Positions 63,308 to 64,000 of a DNA stretch of 64,000 bases are shown here, piece by piece; position 1 is the first letter of the stretch, and the number at the start of each line of letters is the position of its first letter. This DNA is from an uncultured Chloroflexia bacterium (GTDB lineage: Bacteria; Chloroflexota; Chloroflexia; Thermomicrobiales; UBA6265): contig CAVUKC010000002.1 in assembly GCA_963741965.1 (NCBI GenBank), positions 1,513,869-1,577,868 on the forward strand, in the 5' to 3' direction. The translations under genes and the position numbers were made by a program. A model generated the notes under the pieces. The model made no database searches. It was not told the origin of the DNA and was given only the letters and a program-made list of their open reading frames with translations.

Positions 63308-63526
63308 GACCGGTGCCATGGGAGTACCGCGTGGAACCCGCCGACGTCGCTGGACGAGTCGCGGTTGAACGAGATGGGCCGCGATGGCTGGGAGCTGGTG
63401 ACGATCGAGCCGGGCTCCGGCAGCGCGATCTTCAAGCGGCCCGGTCCCGACTACCGCGAGCGCATCACCCTCGCCCAGCGCGAGCGCGTGCAGTCCGAGA
63501 TGGAGGGCGGATCGGATGAAGCGTAG
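63304..63526 (+). pseudogene. DUF4177-like small protein, apparently needing a +1 frame change near 63340-63352
   Basis: The frame from ATG 63304 gives MRPVPWEYRVEPADV. The +1 frame continues LDESRLNEMGRDGWELVTIEPGSGSAIFKRPGPDY..*, ending with TAG at 63524-63526. WEY(K/R)V plus GxxGWELV plus FKR is the family pattern as I remember it. Confidence 0.55.
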
Positions 63527-63902
63527 CGGCATCCTCCACCCGGAGATATCGCGCCTGCTGGCGAGCACCGGCCACACCGACTACTTCCTCATCTCCGATC
63601 GCGGCTTCCCGGTGCCACCTGAGCCGGAACGCATCGACCTCGCGCTCGTCGACGACATTCCGACCGTTATCGACGTGCTGCGAGCCGTGCACGCGGAGTT
63701 CGTGATTGATCGCGTTGTCATCACCGAGGAGATGGCGCGCTTCTCGCCCGACCGGGTCGAGGAGCTGCGCGAGCTGCTCGACGACATCCCGGTGGAGGCG
63801 GTTAGCCATATCGAGCTCAAGCGGCTCGGGCACGACGCGAAGGCGACGATCCGCACCGGGGACACGACGCCCTACGCCAACCTCATCGTCGTCTCGGGCT
63901 AG
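63516..63902 (+). CDS. RbsD/FucU family sugar mutarotase/pyranase
   Basis: MKRSGILHPEISRLLASTGHTDYFLISDRGFPVP closely resembles the RbsD/FucU N-terminus. Confidence 0.8.
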   Translation: MKRSGILHPEISRLLASTGHTDYFLISDRGFPVPPEPERIDLALVDDIPTVIDVLRAVHAEFVIDRVVITEEMARFSPDRVEELRELLDDIPVEAVSHIELKRLGHDAKATIRTGDTTPYANLIVVSG

Positions 63903-63906
63903 TGCG

Positions 63907-64000
63907 ATGACGGAGCCACACGAGCTGCCGTGGGATCCCCTCACGCCGGACGAGGTCGTGCCCCTCTTCGCGGAGTGGGACCGGTTCTGGTGCATCGCTG
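63907..64000 (+). CDS. Hypothetical protein, N-terminal fragment (possibly nucleotidyltransferase-like); continues beyond the window
   Basis: ATG 63907 opens MTEPHELPWDPLTPDEVVPLFAEWDRFWCIA with no stop before the window edge. The resemblance to aminoglycoside-nucleotidyltransferase-like N-termini is from memory only. Confidence 0.35.
   Translation, partial: MTEPHELPWDPLTPDEVVPLFAEWDRFWCIA

Overview
This is a GC-rich (by eye about two-thirds G+C), densely coding bacterial chromosomal window with about 60 protein genes on both strands. I found no rRNA, tRNA or CRISPR array. The content is mostly core metabolism: pyrG, purE/purK, homoserine dehydrogenase, a fused AccD-AccA carboxyltransferase, ggt, typA, proS, a PduO-type adenosyltransferase, gltB, glnA and an aspartate aminotransferase. 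Accessory modules are interspersed: an Opp/Dpp-type ABC importer without ATPases followed by a His/Met-rich lipoprotein, an ArsR-regulated heavy-metal P-type ATPase, cytochrome bd oxidase, a VapBC toxin-antitoxin pair, several MBL-fold hydrolases, and regulators (an HTH-GAF-PAS histidine kinase, PucR, GntR and ArsR-like proteins). Because of the high GC content, the ORF table holds many long antisense shadow ORFs (up to 1516 aa), which I rejected. The main observations are these. (1) Five conserved genes (a MutS-like gene, cydA, proS, gltB and a DUF4177-like gene) are each split so that the conserved continuation lies in the +1 frame. The pattern looks systematic, more like single-base insertion errors than five independent pseudogenes, and needs read-level checking. 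(2) An island of about 0.8 kb (51.65-52.47 kb), visibly lower in GC, lies just downstream of gltB. It carries one orphan 154-aa ORF bracketed by strong hairpins. (3) A dispersed family of 44-52 nt intergenic repeats (GTCATnnYGA...GRAGRAATC/GAAGSATC) has at least 7 copies, clustered upstream of proS and downstream of the PucR gene. (4) A roughly 120-nt near-perfect inverted repeat lies between glnA and the PucR regulator gene. (5) Two unusually long ORF-free spacers occur at 6976-7539 and 56999-57594. I did not find a recognisable complete novel multi-gene system such as a defence island. The strongest candidates for something undescribed are the orphan low-GC gene and the repeat/hairpin elements. 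The taxonomic impression (Chloroflexota/Thermomicrobia-like) is only a guess from protein flavour.
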